Part shown: in pieces, positions 12,978 to 26,282 of the stretch
Numbering within the stretch: the stretch's first letter is position 1
How the letters are laid out: each line of letters starts with the position of its first letter
Assembly (NCBI GenBank): GCA_951406725.2
Contig: OX597816.1
Coordinates: 132,618,001 to 132,682,000 of the forward strand
DNA: 64,000 nucleotides
Reading direction: 5' to 3'
Origin: Octopus vulgaris
Lineage: Eukaryota
Position numbers and translations under genes: made by a program
Notes under the pieces: generated by a model
What the model was told of the DNA's origin: nothing
Seen by the model: only the letters and a program-made list of their open reading frames with translations
Databases searched by the model: none

Positions 12978-13456
12978 GTGTACATGAACAACAGAGCACA
13001 TATGGGCTGTGAAAAAGACTGGGCATAAGAGGAATCAGATGTAGTTTGCTAAAGAGAAGACTAAACTGTTGACATTTAATGCATTTGGAGGATTAAATTG
13101 TGTAATGAAATGCCAAACAATCCAAGGGAAAGAATTACATAGAAGAGGTAGATCAATGAAGGCATTAGAAGAAGTGGTGAAAACTGATTTCAAGATGCTA
13201 AACTTTTTAAAAGGAATCATGGAGGATTACAAATGGCAAGATGCTGTACTGGAGGATGTCTGTCCAAACCATGCTGAAATGGAAAACAGACATTAAAATG
13301 ATAATAATTATCTTTGAATCTTCAAATCATTACTTAGGTGTTATTTTAAAGTGTGTTTTAAAATTTGATTATAAGTTTATGCCTGAGGTTTCATATATCC
13401 TATTCACACTAACATGTATGAAGACGCGCTGCTTGCTTTGGGTAAAAGAAAATACA

Positions 13457-13620
13457 GGAGGACCACTAAATTATGATTTTATTCAACATATTCCCCTTCT
13501 CAGATTCACGCATTTATTACAGTGGTCCTTCAGTTTTTTGAAGCCCTGTAAAAGAACTTAGAAGGTTGGGCCTCCAACCAGGCCTTTCTTGATACCCTTA
13601 AAGTCTAGAACTTTTCAGCA
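13457..13620 (-). mobile_element. 3' end fragment of a mariner transposase
   Basis: The minus strand gives the typical mariner C-terminal GEYVE* ending followed by a TIR-like end. Confidence 0.5.
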
Positions 13621-13744
13621 GCACCCCCACCCCCATATATATGAGCCATTACAATATTCCCCCAACTACCTCGAATACTTGCAGGTTTTTTTTTTCTTTT
13701 GCTAAAAAGACTACTTTTTGTGACACTATTTTCTTTCATTTCAG

Positions 13745-13817
13745 AATTCGAAATGAGTTTCAGACAGCACGGTTATTTCTTTCACATTATGGGTTCCTTT
13801 CTCTGGAAGCACTGAGG
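13745..13817 (+). CDS. RALGAPB: RalGAP beta coding exon
   Basis: ttcag|A...AGG|gtatgt; [24 protein letters not shown], near-identical to the recalled vertebrate motif [21 protein letters not shown]. Confidence 0.95.
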
Positions 13818-14029
13818 GTATGTTTGATTTGATCTGGTTATTATACATCTATAGTTTGGAACAAAATTGTGCTTGTAACAGTCTATAATGATTGATTGAT
13901 TCTAGTTTCAGCTCATGAGCTGTGGCCATGCTGGGGCATTTATTCACTTTACATGCAGAAATCAATGAAGATTGTTGGAGAAGCAAACCTCAAATATATT
14001 AACAAAATATGCATTTTTCATTTAAGATG

Positions 14030-14860
14030 GGGTTTGCTCTAATAGCCAAGTCACTGCCAGAACTAGAGACGAAGTTTAGGGTGTGGAAGCAAGGTCTAGA
14101 ATCGAAGGGCCTTAGGGTTAACCTAGCAAAAATCAAAGTCTTAGTAAATAGGAAGGCTGTCAAATTACAAACTCCATCGAGAAATAAAACTAGTATGCTC
14201 CACTGGATGTATAATGTCAGTGTGCATACATGACAGAGAGTAAGAACCCTAAGAAAAGAAGTTGGGTATAAGAAGCATCAAAGGTGGTGTGCAAGAGAGG
14301 CGACTGCATTGGTATGGTCATGTGTTATGTATGGATGAGGACAGCTGTGTGAGGAAGTGCCACTCATTAACTGTGGAAGGAACCTGTAGAAGAGGTAGAC
14401 CCAGGAAGGCATGGGATAAAATGGTGAAGCATGATCTTCAAACATTGAGTCTCACAGAGGCAATGACAGGAGACTGAGACCTTTGGAGATATGCTGTGAT
14501 TGAGAAGACCCAGCAACTAAAGTGAGATCGCAGCCATGCATGTCCGGCCCAATTAAGAGTACCCCTCATGTGTTGGGTGATATGATATGCTTGAGAAGAC
14601 CTGTTGAGTCAAGTAAAACCAATATCGTAGCTGTGGCCAATGCCCCCTGACTGGCTCCCGTGTTGGTGGCATTTAAAAAGCACCATCTGAACGTGGCCAA
14701 TGCCAGTACCCACTGACTGACTCCTGTGCTGGTGGCACATAAAAAGCACCCTCTACACTCATAGTGGTTGGCATTAGGAAGGGCATCCAGCTGTAGAAAC
14801 ATTGCCAGATCAGATTGGAGCCCAGTGCAGCTGCTGGCTCTCCAGACCTCAGTCAAACTG
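14030..14860 (+). mobile_element. RTE LINE 3' fragment with internal deletion, plus 3' UTR
   Basis: WKQGLESKGLRVNLAKIKV; ERRLHWYGHVLCMDEDSCVRKC...GRPRKAW; followed by repeat modules and the ggcattaggaagggcatccagc motif. Confidence 0.85.
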
Positions 14861-16030
14861 TTAAAGCATCAGTAACATATATAATTTCTAATTTTGGTAC
14901 AAGGCCAGTGGGTGGGTAGCTGATGACATTGACCTCAGGTTTTGACTAGTACTTTATTTTATCGACCCTGAAAGGGTTGGATGCTGAACCTTTCAGACAA
15001 GATGACAAAAGACTGAGATGCCAGCTGCTTTGTTGTACTCAAGAAGACCCATACCCTGTAGCAGGAGTGTTAAGATCGATCCTTCTGGTGTTGTAAAGCA
15101 CTTGTGGTGGTGCCATGTAAAAGTACCCATGTGGTGCCATATAAAAGTGCCTGTGCAGTGCCATGTAAAAGCAGCTAGCACACTTTGTAAAGCAGTTGGC
15201 ATTAGGAAGGGTATCCAGCCATAGAAACCAGGCCAAATCAGGCTGTAGTCTGGTGCAGCTCTCCAGAGCTTGTCATCTCTGGTCAAACTGTCCAATGCAT
15301 GCCAGCATGGATAACAGACATTAAATGATGATAATAATGATGATGATGATGATGATGAAAGGATAAAAAGCAAAGTTGATCTCATCAGGATTTAAGCTGA
15401 GACTGTACAGAGCAGGGAGAAATGCTGCTAAGCATTTTTTGTCTGATGTGCTAACAATTCTGTTGGCTTGCCACCTTATTAATAATGATAATAGTAATTG
15501 TCTCTACTGTAGACACATGGCCTGGAATTTTGTGGTGGGGTGGGGTAAGTCGATTACATTGACTCCAGTACTTCACTGTATTTATTTTATCAACTCCAAA
15601 AGGATAAAAGATAAAGTCAGCTTCGGCATAATTTGAACTCAGATGAAATGCTGCTAAGCATCCTACCTGGTATGCTTATGATTCTTCAATCAGCTCACCA
15701 CCTTGATGATAATAATAATGATAATAATAATTATTATTATTTTGAGAAGACCAACAACAGTGGAAGAACTGTTTTCAATTTTTATTTCTTTTTTTGTTCA
15801 AATTTAGCATTGCTTCTTCTTGGTATATATTGGCGAAAGGATTATTATATTAACTCTGCATTAAATATTGAATACCAGCCCCATACATTTGAATTAACAA
15901 GGATACATATATTTTTTTAATTATGTGTGTGTTTATAGTCATGATTCATTATTGCATCAACTAAATTTTTGAATTTAAATCCATTTTGACAACAAAATCA
16001 TCATAGGTTCTAATTTCAATTTGTTGAAAG

Positions 16031-16204
16031 GAATCAAGTAACAGCAGCGTTCCTCCACCCTTGGTAATTTTAGACAGTACAAACAGTGCCTTGTTCTCAG
16101 ATCTTGAAACATTAGATGGAATTCCAAGCCGTGATAGTGATACTGTGCATGTGTTTTACATGAAGTCTGGCCAGAAAACTCCTGAAGAAATTGTACAAAA
16201 TGTG
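16031..16204 (+). CDS. RALGAPB: RalGAP beta coding exon (start of Rap/Ran-GAP-like domain)
   Basis: gaaag|GAA...GTG|gtaatg; ESSNSSVPPPLVILDST...DTVHVFYMKSGQKTPEEIVQNV. Confidence 0.92.
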
Positions 16205-17017
16205 GTAATGTCTTTTTGTATTTTCCTTCAAATTGACACATGTTATAAATCAGAAGTTAACTGTTTAAGTCTTTAGTTGACTAACCCCAAACTAGCAAAT
16301 TCAAACTCCATTTCATATTATCACATTGTCATGTTCCTTTCTGTGTTTTTACTGGTATTATTCTCTCTCTATCCATACTTATATATCTATCTATCTATCT
16401 ACCTCCAGTTGCGCATGCATACATGCATATAATTGCATTCTTATGCACTCATATATTCTAATGAAATACCTCTTTTTAGTTATCTATATATTTGTTTACA
16501 AATACACAGATGTACATATTTGAAAAAATACCTATGTATTTGTTTATTCTATTTTCTTTTCGTCAGCATGAGTGGGATATAATAGAACAATTTAAATGTC
16601 TCTTAAAGAGAAACTGTTACCTATTTTCCAGATAAGAAAGCTTCAGTAATGAGTAAAATATCTTGTTGAGAGGTAGTTTTCAACCTGTTAAAATATCTGT
16701 AAATGTAAATAAAATTAGTTTAAAAATGCAGGTTGTTTCAGCAGTCATCCTCAGTCAACACTCTGGCTTAATGGAGAAGACTGGTAGTTTGGAAGTTGGT
16801 GAATGATCACTCAATTTAGCAGTAATGTATACTCAAGTGTTATACATCAGATGTCATCTGAAGTTTGATGTTTTCAGTGTAGCAATAAAACTAAATTCTA
16901 TCATATAATGACAAAACCAAAGCTGTATTTTATCATTGTAAGGTGACAAAAAATGGAATGTGTATTCCGGAATGAAGGCCATACTGAACCTAATACTTGA
17001 AACCCATACTAAATTAA

Positions 17018-17249
17018 CCATGTAGCATTCAGATTACTCTGTCAAATGTAATGTTTATTTATTCACATTATTTTGAATTAATCATGCATTATCTCATACC
17101 TTTGAGATTTCAGTGAATGAATGTGTATTTTTAGAATGACATTGTAGGGTAAGTGTAAAAAGTTGGATCTGGTTAGTTTGAACATAAAACAGGTCGAATA
17201 TTTTCTTCCTGCTTTTAAACTGGATATGGCTGGTTTAAATGCTAAAGGG
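17018..17249. mobile_element. TTAA-flanked (piggyBac-like) MITE, family A
   Basis: TTAA-CC..TAGCATT...AATGCTAAAGGG-TTAA; other copies at 33039-33258, 42062-42281, about 31960-32403, about 41135-41782 and 62213-62831. Confidence 0.75.
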
Positions 17250-17390
17250 TTAAATCCTTGTTATTATTAAACAAAGTAGCCTTCTTTCTCACAACTCTGA
17301 CTAAACCATGTCCATTGTTAAGGGTAACGGATCAAATATTGAGATAATCCTCATATGTAATCCTTTGTCTTTTATTTATTTATTTTTCAG

Positions 17391-17529
17391 AACTCTGTTG
17401 ACAGTGTACAGCCTCAGTTTCTAGAATTTTTACAGTCCCTTGGTTGGCCTGTGTTTGTACGGAAACATGCTGGCTGGACAGGTAATTTATCGACCAGCTG
17501 GAAAGTTATTCATGAAGAAGATGTTAATG
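17391..17529 (+). CDS. RALGAPB: RalGAP beta coding exon
   Basis: ttcag|AAC...G|gtaaga; VQPQFLEFLQSLGWPVFVRKHAGWTGNLSTSW (Rap-GAP family F-L-LGW-V-H-G-TG motif). Confidence 0.95.
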
Positions 17530-17646
17530 GTAAGAAATATAAACATTTTTTTAATATTATTCATCTGTCTGAACTTCGAGCTTCCTTGTTTGTGTAGAAA
17601 CTGAAATGATAATATATATTTCTCCTTATCTTTGTTTACTTTATAG

Positions 17647-17802
17647 AAGATGAAATTCCTTCCAATACGGGTGGCAGTATTTATGATGGTCGGCAACAAA
17701 TCCTTTACTGGGCAGATGTCTCTTCTGAAGTAGCATTTGTAGTTCCTTCAACAGATACAATACACAATGGATCAACCACAGGAGTGAATGAACAAGATGC
17801 TG
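17647..17802 (+). CDS. RALGAPB: RalGAP beta coding exon
   Basis: tatag|AA...G|gtaagc; GGSIYDGRQQILYWADVSSEVAFVVPS; follows a 117-bp intron. Confidence 0.93.
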
Positions 17803-18351
17803 GTAAGCTTAACAAGCTGGGCTTTTTTTATTTTTCATATTTATTTTAGTTTGCTAAAATACTTTCTGTTTACAAAATTTTCTGTTATTTAACTAACATT
17901 GTAATAAAAGAAGAACTAATGATAGTATAGATCGAAACTTAGCTGGAAAGGCATTAAGGACTCTTATTACTTTTGGTTTCTCTGAATATATACAACAGCT
18001 TAAGTATAATTCTGTTACATAGCATGGACTTTGAAGACAAAGAGACTGGGTTGTGTCAATGAAAGTAAGATAGGTGCCTGGGTGTGAAAACAATATTGGC
18101 ACATGCAGGGAAAATGAATACATCAGTTTAGATATGTAATGTAAATAAATGATCATTAAGTTCTACTAAGATTGGCTTTGACAATTATCTCTCCAGTAAT
18201 ATACTGTTGTTGATTCAATTTACTAATATAATCTTCCTTAACAAAAAAGAAAAAACAATTTGCCTTGAGCTTAAATAAGAAACCAATTTCTTGAATTCTG
18301 AATAATTTATTTTGAGTGATTCAAATGCCATCTTTTGATCTTTGATTTTAG

Positions 18352-18603
18352 ACAAAAACCAGTCAGGATCCTTCAGTAAAAAGTTCTCAACCGGAACTGA
18401 TCTCAATTTGACCAAACCAAAGTCTCTTATCTTGTTGGCAGACAAAAATGGTAAAGAAAAAGAGAGTCCTGGTTCACCTCCAGAAGTTCCAATAATGAGA
18501 GGCAAAAAATATGGTCGTCATTCATCTTTGGCCGTTGGGCCAGACACACGGGTGTTTGTAGTATGGTTAGAAAGCTTTGAAGACTGTGATAATTTTCCTT
18601 CCA
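18352..18603 (+). CDS. RALGAPB: RalGAP beta coding exon
   Basis: tttag|AC...A|gtaagt; ...GPDTRVFVVWLESFEDCDNFP. Confidence 0.9.
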
Positions 18604-18976
18604 GTAAGTATTTTTTCACTGTTCAACTCTCAGAAGATATTTTTGTCATAATTTCTACATTAGCATCCTCAGAATTTGATTTATTTCACATCTCTTCTGA
18701 CCACTGTCTCTTCTTTCTTCTATTCATGCTCATCATTGTCACTTAATGTCCACTTTCCCATACTTGCATGGATTGGACAGATTTATTGAGATGTATTTTT
18801 CTATGACTGGATACCCTTCCTGACATCAATCCCCACCTGTTTCCAAACAAGGTAATATTTTCCTATTACCAGACACGTCCTGGAAGATTGGAAATGAAGG
18901 GCACTGCTTGCATGCTAGTGACATTCAACTATCGCATGATATCAGTGCAAGGAGATTGTAACATGTGCGCGCGCGC

Positions 18977-19015
<39 letters not shown>

Positions 19016-20223
19016 GGGCTTCATTCTGTTTCTGTGTACCAAATCCATTTACAAGATGTTTGGTCAGCCTGAAGCTAGAGTAGTAGACACTTGCCTAAGA
19101 CAGTGGGACTGAATACAGAACCATGTAGTTGAGAAGCAAGCCACACAGCCATATTTGCACATATATATATAAGCTGCAAAATTATCACAGAACTGTTACA
19201 CAGAGTCTTGTGTTTCCATTTGTCAGACAGTTCTGTCTAATGGACTGGAATGTGAACCTCTGAGTAACAGTTCTGTGATAATTTTGCAGCTTTAATAAAA
19301 CAAAAAAAGTATATCACTCTACCTTTGGTATTCAAGTACTATTTTTTCCACTTTGTTTTACACTTACGTGCTCACCTGTGCACACACACATATACATATT
19401 CTGGTTTCAGTCGTTCAACTGCAGTCAAGCGGGGATACCACTTTCGAAGTTTTAGTCAATCAAATCGACCCTAAGATCTATTTTAAGTCCAGTATTTATT
19501 CTAACAGTGTTTTTAGCTAAACTACTAAGTTATGGAGGATGTAAACAGTCCAACACTGGTTGTGAAGCAGTGAGAGACAACACACACACAGAGCAGGCTT
19601 CCACACAGTCTCTTCTTCCAAATTTACTTACAAGGAATTAGTTGGCCTATGTCTATAGTACTTCCCCAAAGTGCTGAACAGTAGGACTGAACTTAACAAC
19701 ATGTATCTTCATGTCGTGTTTGTCCCCCACCACTGCTTGTCAACGGGTGTTGGTTAGTCTACATCCCCATAAGTGACCAATATAATAAGTCCCAGACTTA
19801 GAAAAATAAAATAAGTACTGAGGTCAATTTGTTTCACTAAACCCTTCAAGACGGTATCCCAGCATGGCTGCAGTCTAATGAATGAATGAATGAATGATAC
19901 AAGTAAAAAGTGAAAGTCTTTCATTCACTTCATACTAATGAAGATATAATTATGTACCAGCTTCTTCCATAAATTTTACCCAAGTTGAGCTTTAGGGCTG
20001 GTGCTGACATGAAGAAGTAAAAATATTCTGTTTGTATAGTTTCCACTTTTATTGGAGACCAAATCATTTCCTGTTGCTATGCTGCTAGTAAAAATATTTG
20101 TTCAATGATTTCCAAGTGAAAGTCTTTTTTAAGGTCTGTATTGCATTGTCTATATGTTGAAAGACATAGAAGCAAACACACACACATACATAAACAAACA
20201 ACCCCTCCCCACAAAAAAAAAAA

Positions 20224-20271
<48 letters not shown>

Positions 20272-21085
20272 AAATCAAAATCAAATTCGATGATTGGCAT
20301 CTGTACTAGCAGGGTGCAAAGAGCACCATACGAGTGTGATCGTTGACAGAGTGGCTAACCGGCTTCCATGTCAGTGGCACGTAAAACGGCACCATTCGAG
20401 CATGATCATTACCAACGTCGCTATTACTGGCACCTGTGCCAGTGGCATGCATAAAAAGATTCGAGCAAGGTCATTGCCAGTACTGCCTGACTGGCCCCTG
20501 TGCAGGTGGGTCGTAAGAAGCACCCACTACACTCTCAAAGTGGTTGGCATTAGGAAGGACATCCAGCTGTAGAAACTCTGCCAGATCAAGATTGGGGCCT
20601 GGTGCAGCCATCTGGTTCGCCAGCCCTCAGTCAAAATCGTCCAACCCATGCTAGCATGGAAAGCGGACGTTAAACGATGATGATGATACACACACATACA
20701 TACATATAGTCTTTTTTTGAAGTCTATGTTGCATTGTGTTGACAAACTTGCACTTGAAATTCTTGCATTTTTAATCAAAATTTGTTAGTTACTATGGTGA
20801 CAACACTACCTATAATATAAGTTAGGAAAACTTACTAGATTGACAGAGGTGGTTGTAATGAGACTAGCCAACTTTGGACACTATGAAGACAGTGATGTTT
20901 CATTAATTTGATTGATATATCACCTTTGATGACTGGAACACTCCCTCAAAATCAGATGAGGTGTCACATTCTTTTTTAGTGTCATTATTTTCAATAATGA
21001 CTACATCAACAAACCTAACAATATTAGTGTCACAAATGATAAAGGATTTACTGTTTTTCATGCTATTTATTTGGTTACCTTTTAG

Positions 21086-21239
21086 ATGACTTACTAAGTT
21101 ACACCAACACAGGAATGGAGCAGTATAGCTACAATTCCAGTGCATCAACAACTCAGAGAAACCAAGAGATATATATTATATTTATTCATGCGTTACAAAA
21201 TGGTTTATTCCGAGTGCGAATGCAAGGGCCAACTAAACG
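21086..21239 (+). CDS. RALGAPB: RalGAP beta coding exon
   Basis: tttag|AT...CG|gtaagt; DLLSYTNTGME...IIFIHALQNGLFRVRMQG. Confidence 0.92.
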
Positions 21240-21939
21240 GTAAGTTAATTCAGTCTGCCAAAACATTGTTAAAAGAGTTGGAATTTGATTCTTTTTATTA
21301 TGTTAAGATTGCTTTTTTACATGATGAAAAAAAATGAAATTCAATATTTTACCACCTTTATCAGTCTCATCCTTTTCATGTAAGGAACTGTTATAGGAAC
21401 AAAGAAGAAAATGTTATTCAAACTGCAAAAGAAGAGTTGGCTGAGTAGATAACGAACTGTTGTTTTGACCTTCAAATTGAAATGTATATTTAAATATACT
21501 AGATTTAACTGCTAAACTGTTTGTTTTGTAAATCTTGGATATGTATAGTCTTTTCTAGAACAGAGCCTAGTATGATTTGTTTTTGTTTAGCTTCATATTT
21601 CCTGATTAAGCAGACCTCCAACCATGACCATCTTTTATTTCTGAAGGCGCTAAGTATCTATCACTATATTATTCAGTGTAGATTTAGATAGCATCATTTC
21701 TTTTTGACTCACTAGAGAAATTTGGCTGCTATTTCAAACAGGTGGAGCAATTTATTTTGCTCCCTATCATTGAAATAATAAATCTATTCGGTGAAGAATA
21801 TTGTTCTTTCTTTTAAAAATGCTATGATCTACCTTTCTCAAAGTTCCTCTTCCTCTTACACTTCTATCTATACAAGCCAAGATGTGATGCTCATAACTGA
21901 AATGCTTATACCAATTAGATAATACAGTTCTATATATAT

Positions 21940-22150
21940 AGAACTGTATTATCTAATCGGTCCGGAGCCAACTTTAGGCTTCAATGGAAACATATACAGA
22001 AACTCCATCAAAAACTAGCTCATCTTTCAAACCATCTAACTTTCCTGTGTAGATGTAGAGACTCAAAGCTAATTCCACCTGGCTTGAATATAATGACACC
22101 AGTGGATTTATATAAAGCTAGAAGAGTAGCGGAAAGTGCAGGACATGCCC
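21940..22150 (+). mobile_element. Penelope-like element ORF N-terminal fragment
   Basis: Open frame KLHQKLAHLSNHLTFLCRCRDSKLIPPGLNIMTPV resembles the PLE N-terminal NHL-FL-RC-LIP-GL motif; preceded by a 50-bp palindrome at 21911-21960. Confidence 0.6.
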
Positions 22151-22959
22151 ATGTAGAAGTCTCCCCCCGTTGGTTTGTCAAATTTTAGTCACTTTTGAAA
22201 GGCCCGATTTTTATATATGCTTTTCACTTCTCATATGTGTGTGTGTGCGTGCGTGCGTGTGTGTGTATCGGAGTCCTTAGTTTTAATGATATAATTTGCT
22301 GATAATTAAGGAAATCATCCAGTTATAGAGCAAGTAGAGCAATTTGCGAAATGTAATTTATTTATTTAGTCTTATTGTATTTTCAAGTCACCGTGACTCA
22401 TGAGTACTTAATTGTTAAGTAGTAGTGGGAAAAGAGAAAAAAAACTGTTTGTCTACACAGATATTTTTTCTCTAATGATCCACTACTTATTCTCAAATTT
22501 CATTCCATTCCATTTTACTCTATCCTTAATAGGATCTGTAATTTGATACAGCCTTGACATATATTGTGTCACTAATTTCTGCAGTAATGTGTTATTTTTG
22601 TAGAGCTGAGATAATGTTCTAATACTCCATCCTACTTCCTTTTGAAAAATCCTGCTTTCTTCTAATGGGAATTATTGAAATTAGCATTGGAAGCGAGTAA
22701 ATCATTTATTGTATTTATAGTGTTGCTGCTATAATTCAGCTGTCATTAAACATATACATATATAACCAAAAGCATTCCAACCACCATTGTCTTTCATAGT
22801 GTACCTAGGATTACACTATCCAACATGTCCTTTCTTTTTCAAACTGCCTGAAATGGCTCCTTGTTCTATGATACAAACTTCATGTTTTGAAGTGATTTAA
22901 ATTAAAACCTTCCATCAAAATTTCATGTTTATTTATTTTCCAAACAACGCCATAACCCA

Positions 22960-23500
22960 TGGCCCCTACCTCGGACGTAGTCAGGCCACCTGTGCATACC
23001 TTCCTTCTTGGGACACATAACTCTACTTGTGAAGACCTGTTGAGGCTAGTGAAAATCAAAAATCAAAAAATCAAATCAAAATCGAAATCAATCAACATCA
23101 ATGGAATTTGTAGTTTTGTGGTACCAGTGCCAGTGGCACATAAGAAAACCATCCGAACGTGGCCATAGCCAGTACCGCATCGACTGGCCTCCGTGCTGGT
23201 GGTACGTAACAAGCACCATCCGATCGTGGCCGTGACAGCCTCGCCTGGCCTCCGTGCCAGTGGCACCTAAAAAACATCAACCGAGCATGGCCGTTCGCCA
23301 GCCTCGTCTGGCACCTGTGTCGGTGGCACATTAAAAGCACCCACTACACTCACGGAGTGGTTGGCGTTAGGAAGGGCATCCAGCTGTAGAAACACTGCCA
23401 GATCTGACTGGCCTGGTGCAGCCTTCGGGCTTCCTAGACCCCAGTTGAACCGTCCAACCCATGCTAGCATGGAAAGCGGACGTTAAACGATGATGATGAT
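22960..23500 (+). mobile_element. RTE-related retroposon 3' end with tandem modules and (GAT)n tail
   Basis: GGCACGTAAAAAGCACC modules, ggcgttaggaagggcatccagc, CCAACCCATGCTAGCATGGAAAGCGGACGTTAAACGATGATG; similar copies at 20270-20687, 24935-25362, 49697-50100 and 34955-35121 (minus). Confidence 0.8.
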
Positions 23501-24934
23501 TTTCAAAACTAATCAAAACAAAAGGTAATGTATTTAGGAAAGAAACAAAAGAGTTAAAACAAGTATGGTTTGAGGGTTGTGGTTGCTGCCAATGATGCTT
23601 GTCACTGGCTTGCTGCTCTTGTTGTCTACAGCTATGAGCTATACTACTTTAGGGTAACTGTATAGGGCTGAAAGTTTAGTATATTTGCTAAAAAAAACAC
23701 AAACTAGTATATGACAAATGGTACAGCCAACCGACTTTTCTCAAGATTGTGCTGAGAGATACGGAGGAGGCAAATGTAATTAATAAGAAAGAAGACTGCA
23801 TTGATAAGGTCATGTGATGCATATGAATGCAGACAGTTGTACAAAAAAAGTGCTGTTCACTTAATGTATATCGGGAATGCAGTAAAGAGGAGACATAGGA
23901 AGACATGGAATGAAGTGGTAAAGGCTGATTTCAGGACCTTGAGCTTCGGGGAAGATTACAAGTAACTGGGATGACTGGCAATAGGCAGTTCAAGAAGGCC
24001 CTCCCAACTAGGTAAAGTTATGGAAGCATTGTGTGTGTGTGTGTGTGTGCATATGAGAGGTCATCATCATTGTCATTAAGCGTCCCTTTTTCCATGCTGA
24101 CATGGGTTGAACAGTTTGACATGTACTGACTAGCCAGAGGGCTGCACCAAGCTCCTATGTCTGCTTTAACGTGGTTTCTATGGCTGAATGCCCTTCCTCA
24201 TGTCAACCATTTTACAAAGTGCTCTGAATGCTTTATTTTCATGGCACAAGCGAAGTCACCAAGTAGCTGCAAGACAACACTCTTCAACTGAGGCTATAGT
24301 ATTGAGGGATATGAAAGTATGGTAGGGATGCAGGTGCCGGAACAGGTGTCTTACTGAAGGCGAATAAACCTGACTTCTTTCTTTGGAAAGAGAAAGGTCA
24401 ACATACAAAGTGAATATGAAAGAGAATAGGATAAATAAATAGAAAATGTGAGTGAGTAGGTAAGTGCACTAGACTGGAAAGTGTGACTAGATATGGGAAT
24501 AGAGTTGGACACTGAATATCAGTTTGGGGAAAGTGAGGTAAAGGAAGGAAACAGAAAGTTATAAAGGACAGTAGGAGGGATACAACATGGCAGACAACCT
24601 GATAAGACCTCATTTTTGCTGAAATAGATGGGTCTTTTCAAATATAGCATATTGCCACTCTCCTTGACCCCTTTTCATTTCCCATAAGAGACTCGACATC
24701 TTGGTGTCAGTCTTCACCACTTTATCCTGCATCTTCCTCTTCCACAAGTTCCTATGTTTAGTGAATAGCTCTATTTTTATACACAAATATCTAAAAGCTA
24801 TCAGCCATTATTGAATTAGAACTCATATGTTATTGATAAAGCTGAAAATCTTCAACAAAATACAAATGATTTAAAATTATTATCACATGTATTTGTTGAG
24901 TTAAACATAACTAATTCAATATACAAAAATGAAC

Positions 24935-25362
24935 TCCCCTGCCGGTGGCACGTAAAAAGCACCATCCGATTGTGGCCGTTACCAGCCTCGCCTGGCCTCC
25001 ATGCCGGTGGCACGTAAAAAGCACCATCTGATTGTGGCCGTTACCAGCCTCACCTGGCCCCCATGCCGGTGGCATGTAAAAAGCACCATCCGATTGTGGC
25101 CGTTACCAGCCTTGCTTGGCTCCCATACCGGTGGCACGTAAAAAGCACCATCCGACCGTAGCCGTTTGCCAGACGGGGCTGGCACATAAAAAGCACCCAC
25201 TACACTCACGGAGTGGTTGGCGTTAGGAAGGGCATCCAGCCGTAGAAACATTGTCAGATCAGACTGGGCCTGGTGCAGCCTTCTGGCTTTCCAGACCCTA
25301 GTTGAACCGTCCAACCCATGCTAGCATGGAAAGCGGACGCTAAATGATGATGATGATGATGA
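24935..25362 (+). mobile_element. RTE-related retroposon 3' end with a 62-bp tandem repeat
   Basis: Units start at 24941, 25003, 25065 and about 25127; ends in (GAT)n. Confidence 0.8.
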
Positions 25363-25570
25363 ATGCATATAAGGATGAATGTTCAAGTTTTAGAGCACAG
25401 TTTTGTATCACCTAGGTGTTTGAAATTTGATATTTTCCGATACTTTCTATAAACTCTGGCATAGCCCAAGTACTGCTGGTAGTTCTATATAAAAGAGGTT
25501 AATGTGATGGAAGCATATTTTTTGCAAGCTGAAGCTGATTGTCATATATTTCTATTATTCTTGTCCACAG

Positions 25571-25687
25571 AGTTGCCATGGCAATACCTCTTGTTGATGG
25601 AATGGTAGTAAGTCGACGATCTTTAGGAACTCTTGTTAGACAAACAGCCATAAACATATGCCGGCGGAACAGATTGGAAAGTGAATC
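25571..25687 (+). CDS. RALGAPB: RalGAP beta coding exon
   Basis: cacag|A...TC|gtaagt; [38 protein letters not shown]. Confidence 0.95.
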
Positions 25688-26059
25688 GTAAGTATATGCT
25701 TGTTCTTAGTATTTTCGTTTAATAGTTAAGCAGAACGGAATCAGTGTAAAATACTATATTATTGACAAAAACAATATATTTTTTGCAAAATCTTGTCTAT
25801 CTGTTCATGTTCCTAAATAATTTTAAGTATCATATTTACTTCAGAAGTTGTATAAAGTATTATTGGATCTTGCAACAGTTTTAACCATGAGTATTCCAGT
25901 TGTTCAATCTTTCTAATGTGAATTATAATATAACAGCTGGGTATCCCACGGACACTTGTATTCTTAAAGAGTTGCCAGGCAGATTTTGTGTGACACTTTG
26001 TGACAAACATCATGATAATAATGACTTGTGAGTGAATTTAGTCGGTATTGTTTAAAGGT

Positions 26060-26282
26060 TGTTGTTTGTTTGTTTGTATATATGTATGTTTGTTTGTTTG
26101 TATGTTTGTTTGTTTGTATGTATGTATGTTTGTTTGTTTGTATATATATATGTTTGTTTGTATATATGTATGTTTGTTTGTTTGTATATATATATGTTTG
26201 TTTGTATATATGTATGTTTGTTTGTTTGTATATATATATGTTTGTTTGTATATATGTATGTTTGTTTGTTTGTCTCTCTCTC
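26060..26282. repeat. Compound (TTTG)n/(TATG)n/(TA)n microsatellite
   Basis: Directly visible. Confidence 0.9.

Noticed and set aside
24937-25200. CRISPR-like repeat array
   Set aside because: The intervening segments are near-identical rather than unique spacers, the context is a eukaryotic retroposon, and there are no cas genes.
25195-25250. Twister ribozyme upstream of the ggttggcgttaggaagggcatcc motif
   Set aside because: The twister core (GUCCCAAGCCC...GGAGGG) is absent in all copies here.
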